NCBI GenBank assembly: GCA_001800315.1
Contig: MGVE01000009.1
Location: 11,295 to 75,294, forward strand
Origin: Elusimicrobia bacterium RIFOXYA2_FULL_47_53
Lineage (GTDB): Bacteria; Elusimicrobiota; Endomicrobiia; Endomicrobiales; XYA2-FULL-47-53
Length of the DNA: 64,000 nucleotides
Direction: 5' to 3'
Translations under genes and position numbers: made by a program
Notes under the pieces: model-generated
The model's database searches: none
The model's input: only the letters and a program-made list of their open reading frames with translations
Told to the model about the DNA's origin: nothing
In this document: positions 56,198 to 64,000 of the stretch, piece by piece
How positions within the stretch are numbered: the stretch's first letter is position 1
Layout of the letters: the number at the start of each line of letters is the position of its first letter

Positions 56198-56671
56198 TTA
56201 TTCCAGCATGTAATCTTCAAACGGTATATTTTTACTCTTTAATTCCTGTTTCCATAATTCGCGGGCTTTAGGCATTTTCTCGCGCGACAGCTTCACCCAC
56301 TTTGATTCCGGCGGAGAAAAAAGCTCAACCGCGGTCTGGTACCAAACATACGCGTATTTTATGGAGCTGTCGGACATTTTCTGCTTGAGGTCAAATTCCA
56401 TTATCTCCAGCTCGCGGGCATAATCTTCTTTTGAAAGCTTGCCCGACGCGAGTTTTTTGCTTAGCTTCTCTTTCTTGGCTTCAAATTCCGCCTTAAGCGC
56501 TGTTTCTTTCGCTTTTGGGTTTTCATGCCAGCCCCAGAACTTTTCCCCTTCCAGGTATGCCGAACGGGCGCGCAAAACCACATCCGTGTAAATCATCGCG
56601 TACACCGCGGCAACGCAGAACAGCGCGGCCGCCGAAATCCTGAACCATTTTTTTTGAAGCAACTCTTTCAT
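56198..56671 (-). CDS. N-terminally membrane-anchored protein, uncharacterised
   Basis: GGAGAG then ATG at 56671 (MKELLQKKWFRISAAALFCVAAVYAMIY), followed by a Lys/Glu-rich helical region. Confidence 0.5.
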   Translation of the reverse strand: MKELLQKKWFRISAAALFCVAAVYAMIYTDVVLRARSAYLEGEKFWGWHENPKAKETALKAEFEAKKEKLSKKLASGKLSKEDYARELEIMEFDLKQKMSDSSIKYAYVWYQTAVELFSPPESKWVKLSREKMPKARELWKQELKSKNIPFEDYMLE

Positions 56672-56694
56672 TTTACTCTCCAGCGGCCAAAGGC

Positions 56695-57765
56695 CTATTT
56701 TACCGACAGCTTCCACAAAAGGAAAGTGTCTATTATTGACCAGACCAGCGAAAGGAAAAATATAATATCCAGCAGGATAAAGAAATTGTTTGATAAAAAC
56801 TCCCGCGCCGAGTTATAGGACTGCTCTATCCGCTCAATTTTTACCTCAACGGTTTTGTGAAGCTCTTCGGTGTTAAAAACCTTGTTCACATTCTGGAATA
56901 CCGTGCGCAGGTGCCAGTCCGATTCCACCTTGGGTATGCTGGTAATGACATTGTACAGGGAATCAACGATGCTTATTTTATCCTTGTCAAAACCCAGCGC
57001 CTCTTCGGAAAATGTCTGGTAGGCCTGCAGAATCTGCCAGAATTTATAATACGGGGGAAGGTTTTCCAGAAGCTGCTGGCTTACATCCATCTCATGGTCA
57101 AGAATAAAGTTGTAGGAGCGCATGGACCAGTACTGGGCATAGGCGAGCTTTATCATTTCAAGGATGGACGAAGCCTCCCTTGAGTAGACCAAAGCGCCGA
57201 ACCGTTTAATAAGTATTATTTCTTTTTCGTAGTAGCCGTAATTAACGAGTTTTTCTTTCTCCAGAACATAGTTGGAAAGAGAGTCGTAATCCGGCTCGCC
57301 GGCCAGAAAGCCGAACAGGGCCTTGTGATTTTTCCAGATATATGTCTCGGCATCCTCCGTCACCTGCTCTTTGAGCTCAACAATGGGGAATATCTCGCCT
57401 TCGGTCAGGCGTTTTTCGTAACTGTGTATGGAATATTTCAGGGCCCGCTGAATCAGGCCGTCAACCAGCGACTGACAATATGTAATAATCCCGGTTTTTC
57501 CGGCTCGTATTTTTTCAATATTGCACGAGAGAGAGGCAAGATATTTTAAATCCTCTTCCACCTCAAAAGATATCTGTATTATACCGACGCCGAACTTGTA
57601 AACCTGGGTGGAAAACTCGGCCTGGGGAAAAATCCTGCCTTCAAAGGATATTGTGCCCATCTTGCGGGCTGAAATCTCTTTAAAAAATTCAGTCGTGTCC
57701 TTGCCGGTAAAATCCAGCTCAAGGCCCATATCAAACGGGAAAAGAAGGCAGACCTTTGAACTCAT
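56695..57765 (-). CDS. Uncharacterised protein with a single C-terminal TM helix (possibly DUF155/RMD1- or CorA-N-like)
   Basis: 356 aa. The only hydrophobic segment is at the C-terminus (FFILLDIIFFLSLVWSIIDTFLLW). ATGA overlap with the upstream gene. Confidence 0.4.
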   Translation of the reverse strand: MSSKVCLLFPFDMGLELDFTGKDTTEFFKEISARKMGTISFEGRIFPQAEFSTQVYKFGVGIIQISFEVEEDLKYLASLSCNIEKIRAGKTGIITYCQSLVDGLIQRALKYSIHSYEKRLTEGEIFPIVELKEQVTEDAETYIWKNHKALFGFLAGEPDYDSLSNYVLEKEKLVNYGYYEKEIILIKRFGALVYSREASSILEMIKLAYAQYWSMRSYNFILDHEMDVSQQLLENLPPYYKFWQILQAYQTFSEEALGFDKDKISIVDSLYNVITSIPKVESDWHLRTVFQNVNKVFNTEELHKTVEVKIERIEQSYNSAREFLSNNFFILLDIIFFLSLVWSIIDTFLLWKLSVK

Positions 57766-59003
57766 TTGCTTTCCTCCGGAGCCCTGCTCTTAAAGGAAAT
57801 TGTAAAGATTTTCTCCCTGCCTTTTGCCTCAAAGGTAACCGTGCCTCCCAGAAGCTCCGCCAGGTGGCGGGACTGCGACAGTATCATATTCCTATAACCG
57901 CTCCTGGTATCCCAGACGGGGAGGAACAGGCTCTCAATCTCTTCAGGCTTTATCGCGGGCGCGTTATCTTTAAAGGAACACGATAAAACATCGCCCTGCC
58001 TGGCCACAGTTATATCAAGTTTAGTCGCGGGCCCTGAAACTTCCAGGTAATTATCAACCAGGCATGAAAGGGCCTCATAGGCTATTTTTGGATCCAGCGA
58101 GAGTTCGGCAATGCTTTTTGTTTCCGGCCAGATTATCCTTGTTTTTTTTCTGCTCTGCTGTTCCGCAAAACGGGCCTTGAGCTTCTCAAAAACAGCGGAG
58201 AGGTCAACTTTCTCGTATTTTGGTTCCACTTCTTTCAGCATCCCCAGGTAGAGTTCAAGCACTTTGGTGATTTCCCTGCTGGTGGTGCAGGCGTTTTCAA
58301 TATCGGCCTTGTTTTCAATGTTTTCGTGCCCGGCAACGCGGGATTTCTCTATGCGCTCAAGACAGAGCTGGGCGTTGACGCTTATTATACTCGCCATGGC
58401 ATGGACCCGCGAGATCACATTCTTGTATTCCCTGACAAACTCCGTTCTGCCCTCTTTTTTTCCTCTCGCGACAGACTGCTCCAGCTCAAGGCGTTTTTTC
58501 TCAAGCAGAGCTATCTGCTCGGAGTGCTTTTTATCAAACTCGGAAAGTTTATCCGTAATACTCTTAATGTCGGATTCGTGCCGCTTTCTCTCTTTTTCTC
58601 TTGCCATAAGCGACGATTCAAAATCCTGCCTTAATTTTTCTTTTTCAACGCTCAGATCGTCAACTTTACGCAAAGCCGAGTCAAGGCCTTGTTTCACCGC
58701 CAGAAGCTGGTCGCGCAGAAACTTGTTCTCGGCGGCTTTCTCAAGAAGCTTCGCCTCCACTCCGACCGGCCCGACGCCAGAAATGCTCCTGAGAGTCTCG
58801 TTTTCATCCCGCAGAGACTCCGACTTATTGTTTTCCCTCTCGAGGGCTTCTCTCAGCGCGGAATCGTACTCCTCAAGCGCCGATATAAAAGCCTTAACGG
58901 CATCCTCTCCAAGCGCGGGAGTGGCCCTCTTAATCAAATAATTTTTAAGGCCTTCAAATTCTTTTTTCATCTTATCCAGGCTGTTCATAGTATTGGTTAT
59001 CAT
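57762..59003 (-). CDS. Soluble coiled-coil histidine-kinase-like protein (HATPase_c), no TM and no receiver
   Basis: 413 aa. Long coiled-coil N-half, candidate H-box ISRVHAMASII, N-box-like LVDNYLEV, G-box-like FKDNAPAI and LLGGTVTFE. ATGA overlaps on both sides. Confidence 0.6.
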   Translation of the reverse strand: MITNTMNSLDKMKKEFEGLKNYLIKRATPALGEDAVKAFISALEEYDSALREALERENNKSESLRDENETLRSISGVGPVGVEAKLLEKAAENKFLRDQLLAVKQGLDSALRKVDDLSVEKEKLRQDFESSLMAREKERKRHESDIKSITDKLSEFDKKHSEQIALLEKKRLELEQSVARGKKEGRTEFVREYKNVISRVHAMASIISVNAQLCLERIEKSRVAGHENIENKADIENACTTSREITKVLELYLGMLKEVEPKYEKVDLSAVFEKLKARFAEQQSRKKTRIIWPETKSIAELSLDPKIAYEALSCLVDNYLEVSGPATKLDITVARQGDVLSCSFKDNAPAIKPEEIESLFLPVWDTRSGYRNMILSQSRHLAELLGGTVTFEAKGREKIFTISFKSRAPEESK

Positions 59004-61036
59004 ATTTTCCCCGTCAGGCTGTTCCCCACCGATGAAATATAGGAGTTTATTCTTTTGAAATTGTCTATGAGGTCTAAGTGTACGCTTGAGGTTTCAAGGC
59101 TCTCTGCCAGCCCCGAGTGCAGCCTGCTTATGTGTTTTTTTCTGAGCGATGATTCGTATACATTTATATTCGCCTTGGTTTCGGCGACAAGCTTGGCAAG
59201 CTCAAGGTTGTTGTCTTTTAGCGCGGTTATGGCTTTTTCAAGATTATCCGTAATCTTCGCGTGTATAGCCACGATGTCCTGCCAGCCCTCGTCGGAGAAC
59301 CAGAGGTTATTTTCAAGCTTTTTTCGCGCGAGCGCGAGCACATTTTTATCAATTATATCGCCGATGGTCTCAATGTCGGCGGTGATATACAGAAGCATTA
59401 TCTCCTGAGCGGACTGCTCTTCGTTCATCAGCCCGCCCTGGCCAATTTTTGTAAGATATTTTACAATGGCGTTCCTGAGCATATCAACCCTGAAATCCAT
59501 AAGAGAAACCGTTTCGCGGAGCTTCAGGTCCCGCTCGTCAAACACCTTAAGGGACTCCCTGAGCATCACAAGGACAATCTCGGCTTCCCTGATAACTTCC
59601 TTTCTCGCCTGTTCAAGCGCCAGAGACGGCGTCTCAAGCAGTATATCGTCAAGATATTTGGGGCCGAAGGGTTTTTCCTCCTCTCCCGAGGGAAAGGCTT
59701 TCAGCAAAAGGTCCCTGGCCGCGGGCAGAAAAGGCAGGAAAATAAGGGCGTTAATTACCGCGCTTAAAGTGTGGGCCATGGCTATCTGGCGGGCCACATC
59801 AAAGGTCGCGAAAAATGTGGAAGTAAACCATTTCACGAAATAGACCCAGGCCGGCTCACCGTGAAAGGTTACGAACGAAAGGAATGGATAAATCAGCAGC
59901 ACTCCCGCGCTCTGATGCAAAACATGCCACAGCGCGGCCCGTTTGCCTTCGCGGCCGCGGCCTATGGAGGCGAGCGCCGCGGTAAAACAGGTTCCTATCT
60001 GGGCGCCGAGATTTATAGGTATGGCCTGGCGCAGATCAATGGCTCCCGCGAGCGCCAGGGCTATGACTATTACGGCAGTCGCTCCGCTGGAGTGAATAAG
60101 CATGGTAAATACCAGCCCGATGAAAATTCCAAACAACGGATTGGATACGCTCTCCATGGCCTGCATAAACGGAGCATATTCTCTCAGAGGAGCGAGCATA
60201 TCGGCTATCACCCGCATGCTAAGGAAAATTATCCCGAGGCCTAAAATAACATGGCCTGCCTGAATCCATTTTTTTGTCTTTGAAAAAAATGAAATATAGA
60301 AACCAAGGCCGGCTATCAGCACGGCGTAGTCTGTCAGCTTGAAAGCCACCAGCTGGGCGGTTATGGTAGAGCCTATTTCAGCGCCCATGGTCACGGCCAT
60401 GGTCTGATAAAATGTCAGAAGGCCGGCGCTGACCAGGCTCACTTCCAGAAGAATCGTGGCGGTGCTTGACTGGTTAAACATAGTTACAAGCAGGCCCGTC
60501 CCCATTCCCCTTAAGGGATTTTTCGTCAGATATATCAGCAGTTCCCTGAGCTTAGTGCCGGCTATTTTTGTAAGGGCGTCGTTTATATAGAACATCCCAA
60601 AAAGGAAAAGCCCGAGCCCGCCCACAAGTTCAAGAAAAAGAATCATGAGCCAATTTTTGTTTCGGGAGGAAGCCTTGAAGATGACGGGGCTGGGAAAAGC
60701 CTCTTTCGTGGAAGCCCTGATGAGTATGTCTCCGTAAAACCCCCGCGCAATATTGAGCCTGGTTGCGGCGAGGCCGAGCGAATCGGTTATGGCGACGGGA
60801 CTGGAAAAACTGAAGTTGTCGGCATGCTTATCATCAATAACCGAAAACACCACCGGCACCCCGGCAAGCGGCGCGCCCTTTTCCGAGACAATCTTAACGC
60901 AAAAATCCTCCGGCAGGGGATACCCGGCAATTCCTATCTGATTGTTCCCGGAAACAACCTCTATTTTCTGGGAGGCATCGGCGGAAAACGCGAACAGCAG
61001 CGCGCAAAGCAGGGATAGAAATATTTTTATTTTCAT
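59000..61036 (-). CDS. Na/Pi cotransporter (NaPi-II family) with C-terminal PhoU-like repeats and an N-terminal Ig-like periplasmic domain
   Basis: 678 aa. Signal peptide plus a Big-like segment (IEVVSGNNQIG...VVFSV), NaPi repeats (LFLFGMFYINDALTKIAG...), and PhoU-type ITADIETIGDIIDKN. Confidence 0.82.
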   Translation of the reverse strand: MKIKIFLSLLCALLFAFSADASQKIEVVSGNNQIGIAGYPLPEDFCVKIVSEKGAPLAGVPVVFSVIDDKHADNFSFSSPVAITDSLGLAATRLNIARGFYGDILIRASTKEAFPSPVIFKASSRNKNWLMILFLELVGGLGLFLFGMFYINDALTKIAGTKLRELLIYLTKNPLRGMGTGLLVTMFNQSSTATILLEVSLVSAGLLTFYQTMAVTMGAEIGSTITAQLVAFKLTDYAVLIAGLGFYISFFSKTKKWIQAGHVILGLGIIFLSMRVIADMLAPLREYAPFMQAMESVSNPLFGIFIGLVFTMLIHSSGATAVIVIALALAGAIDLRQAIPINLGAQIGTCFTAALASIGRGREGKRAALWHVLHQSAGVLLIYPFLSFVTFHGEPAWVYFVKWFTSTFFATFDVARQIAMAHTLSAVINALIFLPFLPAARDLLLKAFPSGEEEKPFGPKYLDDILLETPSLALEQARKEVIREAEIVLVMLRESLKVFDERDLKLRETVSLMDFRVDMLRNAIVKYLTKIGQGGLMNEEQSAQEIMLLYITADIETIGDIIDKNVLALARKKLENNLWFSDEGWQDIVAIHAKITDNLEKAITALKDNNLELAKLVAETKANINVYESSLRKKHISRLHSGLAESLETSSVHLDLIDNFKRINSYISSVGNSLTGKI

Positions 61037-61422
61037 TTTATTTTAAAAGGCTTCGGCAGAAACGAGCTGAGGCGGCTTATTCTGATTTCACCGTTTCCGG
61101 AGGCGGAAATAACCGGAATATCGCCTTTCGCGAACTCCTGCAGCACCTGGAGGCACGCGCCGCAGGGGACAGGTTCGTGTTTTCCGGAAATAAAAAGCGC
61201 GACGGCTTCTATTTTACGGTTTCCCGACGAGACAGCCGAGGCTACGGCGTTTCGTTCGGCGCAGGCCGTCAAGCCGTAAGAGGCGTTTTCCACATTTGCG
61301 GCTGAAAAGATTTTGCCGCCGGCATAAACCGCCGCTCCGACCTTAATCCCGGAATAGGGGCTGTAAGAATTTTTTGCCGCGTTTTTCGCGGCCGAAAGCA
61401 ATTTCGCTCTGTTAACAGGCAT
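61033..61422 (-). CDS. cdd: Cytidine deaminase
   Basis: 129 aa. CAERNAV and PCGACLQVL zinc-binding motifs. Confidence 0.92.
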   Translation of the reverse strand: MPVNRAKLLSAAKNAAKNSYSPYSGIKVGAAVYAGGKIFSAANVENASYGLTACAERNAVASAVSSGNRKIEAVALFISGKHEPVPCGACLQVLQEFAKGDIPVISASGNGEIRISRLSSFLPKPFKIK

Positions 61423-61450
61423 TATGCCTCCATAGCAAAGGTGTTGCCGC

Positions 61451-62362
61451 TTATTTCAGCACTTCAAAATGAGTCAGTTTCTTAAACTGGTGAAATCTAT
61501 CGGTTATCTTCTCCCAGTCAAGCGAGCGCAGCTTGTTGAGGCTGAAATCCTCAACATTGAAAGAAGCCATCACGCTTCCGAATACAATGGCCCTTCTTAA
61601 ATCGTGATCCTCCAGGCTCCTGCATTTCGCGAGATAGCCCATAAAACCGCCGGCAAACGAGTCGCCCGCTCCGGTGGGGTCAAACACCTTTTCAAGAGGA
61701 TAGGCGGGCGCGGAAAAAATATGGTTACGGCCGACGAAAAGCGCGCCGTACTCGCCCCTTTTAATCACCAGAGCCTTCGGGCCCCAGGAAAATATTTTCT
61801 TTGAGGCTTTTACCAGATTAGATTCCCCGGCGAGCTCTCTGACCTCGGCCTCATTTATAACAAGAATATCAACTTTTTTCAGCGTCTTAATAAGCTGCGG
61901 CTTTTTTGAAGATATCCAGTAATTCATGGTGTCGCAGGCTACAAGTTTAGGATTTTTTACCTGTTTTAAAACCTCCAGCTGAAGCTCCGGGTCTATATTG
62001 CCAAGGAACACATATTCGCTTTTCTTGTACTGCTCAGGTATATTCGGTGAGAAATGAGCGAAAACATTAAGCTGGGTATCAAGGGTTTCGGCCTGGTTTA
62101 AATCATAGGTGTACTGCCCCTTCCAGCGGAAAGTTTTCCCCTTCACCTTTTGAAGCCCGCTTAAGTCAATGTCGTGTTTTTTCAGCACATCCAGATATTT
62201 TTTCGGGAAATCCTCTCCTATGACCGCCACCAGCTTGACGGGGCTGAAGTAGGACGCGGAAACCGAAAAATATGTCGCCGAACCGCCCAAAGCGTTATCA
62301 ATTTTTCCAAAAGGCGTTTTGACCGAATCCATCGCCACCGAACCGACAACAAGAATGCTCAT
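61451..62362 (-). CDS. PfkB-family carbohydrate/nucleoside kinase
   Basis: 303 aa. DPTGAGDSFAGGF and the N-terminal GSVAMD motif. Confidence 0.85.
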   Translation of the reverse strand: MSILVVGSVAMDSVKTPFGKIDNALGGSATYFSVSASYFSPVKLVAVIGEDFPKKYLDVLKKHDIDLSGLQKVKGKTFRWKGQYTYDLNQAETLDTQLNVFAHFSPNIPEQYKKSEYVFLGNIDPELQLEVLKQVKNPKLVACDTMNYWISSKKPQLIKTLKKVDILVINEAEVRELAGESNLVKASKKIFSWGPKALVIKRGEYGALFVGRNHIFSAPAYPLEKVFDPTGAGDSFAGGFMGYLAKCRSLEDHDLRRAIVFGSVMASFNVEDFSLNKLRSLDWEKITDRFHQFKKLTHFEVLK

Positions 62363-62391
62363 CTAACTCTCCCTGTATATGATTTTGCTGC

Positions 62392-62422
62392 TTATACCAT
62401 GTTTATGGTATATTTATACCAT
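62392..62422. promoter_or_regulatory. Candidate operator: TTATACCAT direct repeat with a central inverted ATGGTATA
   Basis: TTATACCAT (62392-62400), ATGGTAT (62405-62411), TTATACCAT (62414-62422), 30-60 nt upstream of the pfkB ATG. Confidence 0.45.
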
Positions 62423-62531
62423 AACACATATTATTTTGAAGTTTCACAGCCCCGAACAGAATAGATGTAAATACATTCGCGCATCGGCAAACTTCGCCTA
62501 TTAACCCATTTATCCAGGATGAGCAATCGCG

Positions 62532-62717
62532 CTAAAAGCCTTTTTCCTTTAATTTAAACCATGCCTTCCTGCTCTTTTCCGGCATAGTATTAAAAAGAAA
62601 ATCATTAAGTTTCTGCATTTCAGCTAACCGTTGCTCCGGAGTCAACGATAAACAGCGTTTAATATATTCCTTATCAACGAGTTGTCCGCCTCTATTATTT
62701 GCCTTTTTTGCTGGCAT
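62532..62717 (-). CDS. Small helical protein, partner of the nucleotidyltransferase (uncharacterised)
   Basis: About 61 aa from the ATG at 62717 (MPAKKANNRGG...TPEQRLAEMQKLNDFL...). Overlaps the NTase stop by 23 nt. Confidence 0.45.
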   Translation of the reverse strand: MPAKKANNRGGQLVDKEYIKRCLSLTPEQRLAEMQKLNDFLFNTMPEKSRKAWFKLKEKGF

Positions 62718-63195
62718 TGATAATCTCCTTAAGCGCCTCAACATCCGAGAGGTCACGGACACGGCCGGCATGAACCTTTAACCTGATAAGGTCTTCTATT
62801 GAAACAACGGGAACTTTTACACCCTGGTTCATCAGAGTAACTCGCTTTTCATATGCTTTATTGAAATCAATGAACTCTTCTATCATTATATCAATGCCTT
62901 CCATTTCGTTCTTGGGATTATACACGGAAAACACAATCATCCCTTTCTCTTTAATCCATTTGCCTCGTTTACTTTTATCGGCAAAATCATGGATATTAAC
63001 CGGAACTCTGGGCTTAAAACCAAGCTCCTGAAACAGTTGCATTAATTTGCCGACATTCTCATCGCTCATACGGAGCATAATATCAAGATCTGATGTCGCG
63101 CGAACGAAACCATATAAATTGACCGCTATCCCGCCGGCAACGAGGTATTTTATATCTCTTTTGTTAAGTTCGCTAAATATTCTTTTAAAGTCCAT
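62695..63195 (-). CDS. Pol-beta-superfamily nucleotidyltransferase (DUF2204/DUF6036/AbiEii-like minimal NTase)
   Basis: From the ATG at 63195: MDFKRIFSELNKRDIKYLVAGGIAVNLYGFVRATSDLDIML, which gives a GG...G..R.T.D.D NTase motif. The sampled line gives ~33% GC. Confidence 0.6.
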   Translation of the reverse strand: MDFKRIFSELNKRDIKYLVAGGIAVNLYGFVRATSDLDIMLRMSDENVGKLMQLFQELGFKPRVPVNIHDFADKSKRGKWIKEKGMIVFSVYNPKNEMEGIDIMIEEFIDFNKAYEKRVTLMNQGVKVPVVSIEDLIRLKVHAGRVRDLSDVEALKEIINASKKGK

Positions 63196-63297
63196 ATACC
63201 CGACCTGTTTCGTGACTACATACTTTATTAACAGCTCGCCAGTTTTCCACCTCCGAGGAATCCATTCGGCTGCCTCGGAGGTGTTCGGCGGCAAACT

Positions 63298-64000
63298 TTA
63301 TTTATAATACTTGCCCAGTATAGGCTCAAGCTTGGCGAGCGTTTCTTTGTTGATGGCTTCTTTTGAAGTCATAACCGCGAACTCAAGAGCCTTGCGGCAG
63401 GCACAGCTTTCGGCGCGTTTTATAAGACGGGGCAGAGCGTGTTTAATGAGCTTCTTTGAATTGGAAACATTCGCGTGCATATTCGCGAGCACCACATCCA
63501 CGGTAACTTCCTCGCCCTCTTTCCACACATCATAATCCGTCACAAGCCCTACCGTGGAATAGCATATCTCGGCTTCGCGCGCGAGTTTGGCCTCCGGCAC
63601 GGCCGTCATTCCGACTATGCTGAAACCGTGCTTGCGGTTGACCTCGGACTCGGCTCTGGTTGAAAACTGGGGGCCTTCAATGCAGACATAGGTTCCGCCG
63701 AAATGATGGTTAATGCCGAGCTCCTTGACCGACTGATGAAGAATGTCTCTCATTCCGTTGCAGAACGGCTCCGCTACTCCCACATGGCCGACTATTCCAT
63801 CGCCGAAGAAAGTAGACGGCCTGTTTCTCGTGCGGTCAAAAATCTGGTCGGGAATAAGGAAATCGCGGGGCTTTACATCCTCCCTGAGCGAGCCGCAGGC
63901 CGATATGGATATTATCTGCTCCACTCCAAGAGTTTTAAGCGCGTAAATATTGGCTCTGGCGTTCAGCTCCGAGGGCAGTATTCTGTGGCCGCGCCCGTGC
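63298..64000 (-). CDS. mtnP: S-methyl-5'-thioadenosine phosphorylase, C-terminal ~233 aa (the N-terminus runs off the window end)
   Basis: The frame is open to the window edge: HGRGHRILPSELNARANIYALKTLGVEQIISISACGSL...VGMTAVPEAKLAREAE, which is MTAP/PNP family. Confidence 0.88.
   Translation of the reverse strand, partial: HGRGHRILPSELNARANIYALKTLGVEQIISISACGSLREDVKPRDFLIPDQIFDRTRNRPSTFFGDGIVGHVGVAEPFCNGMRDILHQSVKELGINHHFGGTYVCIEGPQFSTRAESEVNRKHGFSIVGMTAVPEAKLAREAEICYSTVGLVTDYDVWKEGEEVTVDVVLANMHANVSNSKKLIKHALPRLIKRAESCACRKALEFAVMTSKEAINKETLAKLEPILGKYYK

Overview
This is a 64-kb chromosomal window from a diderm (outer-membrane-bearing) bacterium, probably an uncultivated lineage. I cannot assign taxonomy without a database search. 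It holds about 50 protein genes, all but three on the minus strand, and several are joined by 4-nt ATGA stop/start overlaps. (1) Housekeeping: lgt (partial), lspA, ileS, mtnA, the yggU-like/proC/yggS cluster, groES-groEL behind a consensus promoter plus a CIRCE operator, coaX, a two-subunit class I fumarase and a malic enzyme, rlmD, nfo, a cell-wall amidase, tRNA-Leu(CAA), cdd, a PfkB kinase and MTAP (partial). (2) c-di-GMP signalling is unusually dense: three GGDEF and three HD-GYP domains spread over five proteins. (3) There are many predicted outer-membrane or secreted proteins, including an AT-rich three-gene operon that encodes a 1036-aa glycine-rich beta-helix-like protein, a beta-propeller protein and an M23 peptidase with FN3 repeats and a T9SS-type C-terminal domain. 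(4) Three small AT-rich islets are wedged into otherwise conserved gene clusters: a DUF3800 gene between the fumarase subunits, an AlbA_2/Schlafen-like gene, and a nucleotidyltransferase plus small partner between MTAP and pfkB. (5) The feature least explained by standard annotation is about 3 kb (~5% of the window) of coding-free intergenic mosaic. It is built from short stem-loop modules flanked by GTCAT/ATGAC, recurs at six loci in both orientations, and shows a compensatory stem substitution and module-inside-loop nesting. Two other non-coding repeat families are also present: a 168-bp long palindrome and units bounded by 20-bp terminal inverted repeats (TIRs). (6) A promoter-to-terminator unit of ~105 nt (candidate sRNA) is followed by a 14-codon polylysine micro-ORF with a perfect Shine-Dalgarno (SD) site. 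(7) A translationally chained operon links cdd, a Na/Pi-PhoU transporter, a soluble histidine-kinase-like ATPase, two unknown membrane proteins and an ATP-cone kinase. All coordinates were read by hand and anchored on the ORF track. Identity percentages and GC values are hand estimates. No search, fold prediction or statistics could be run.
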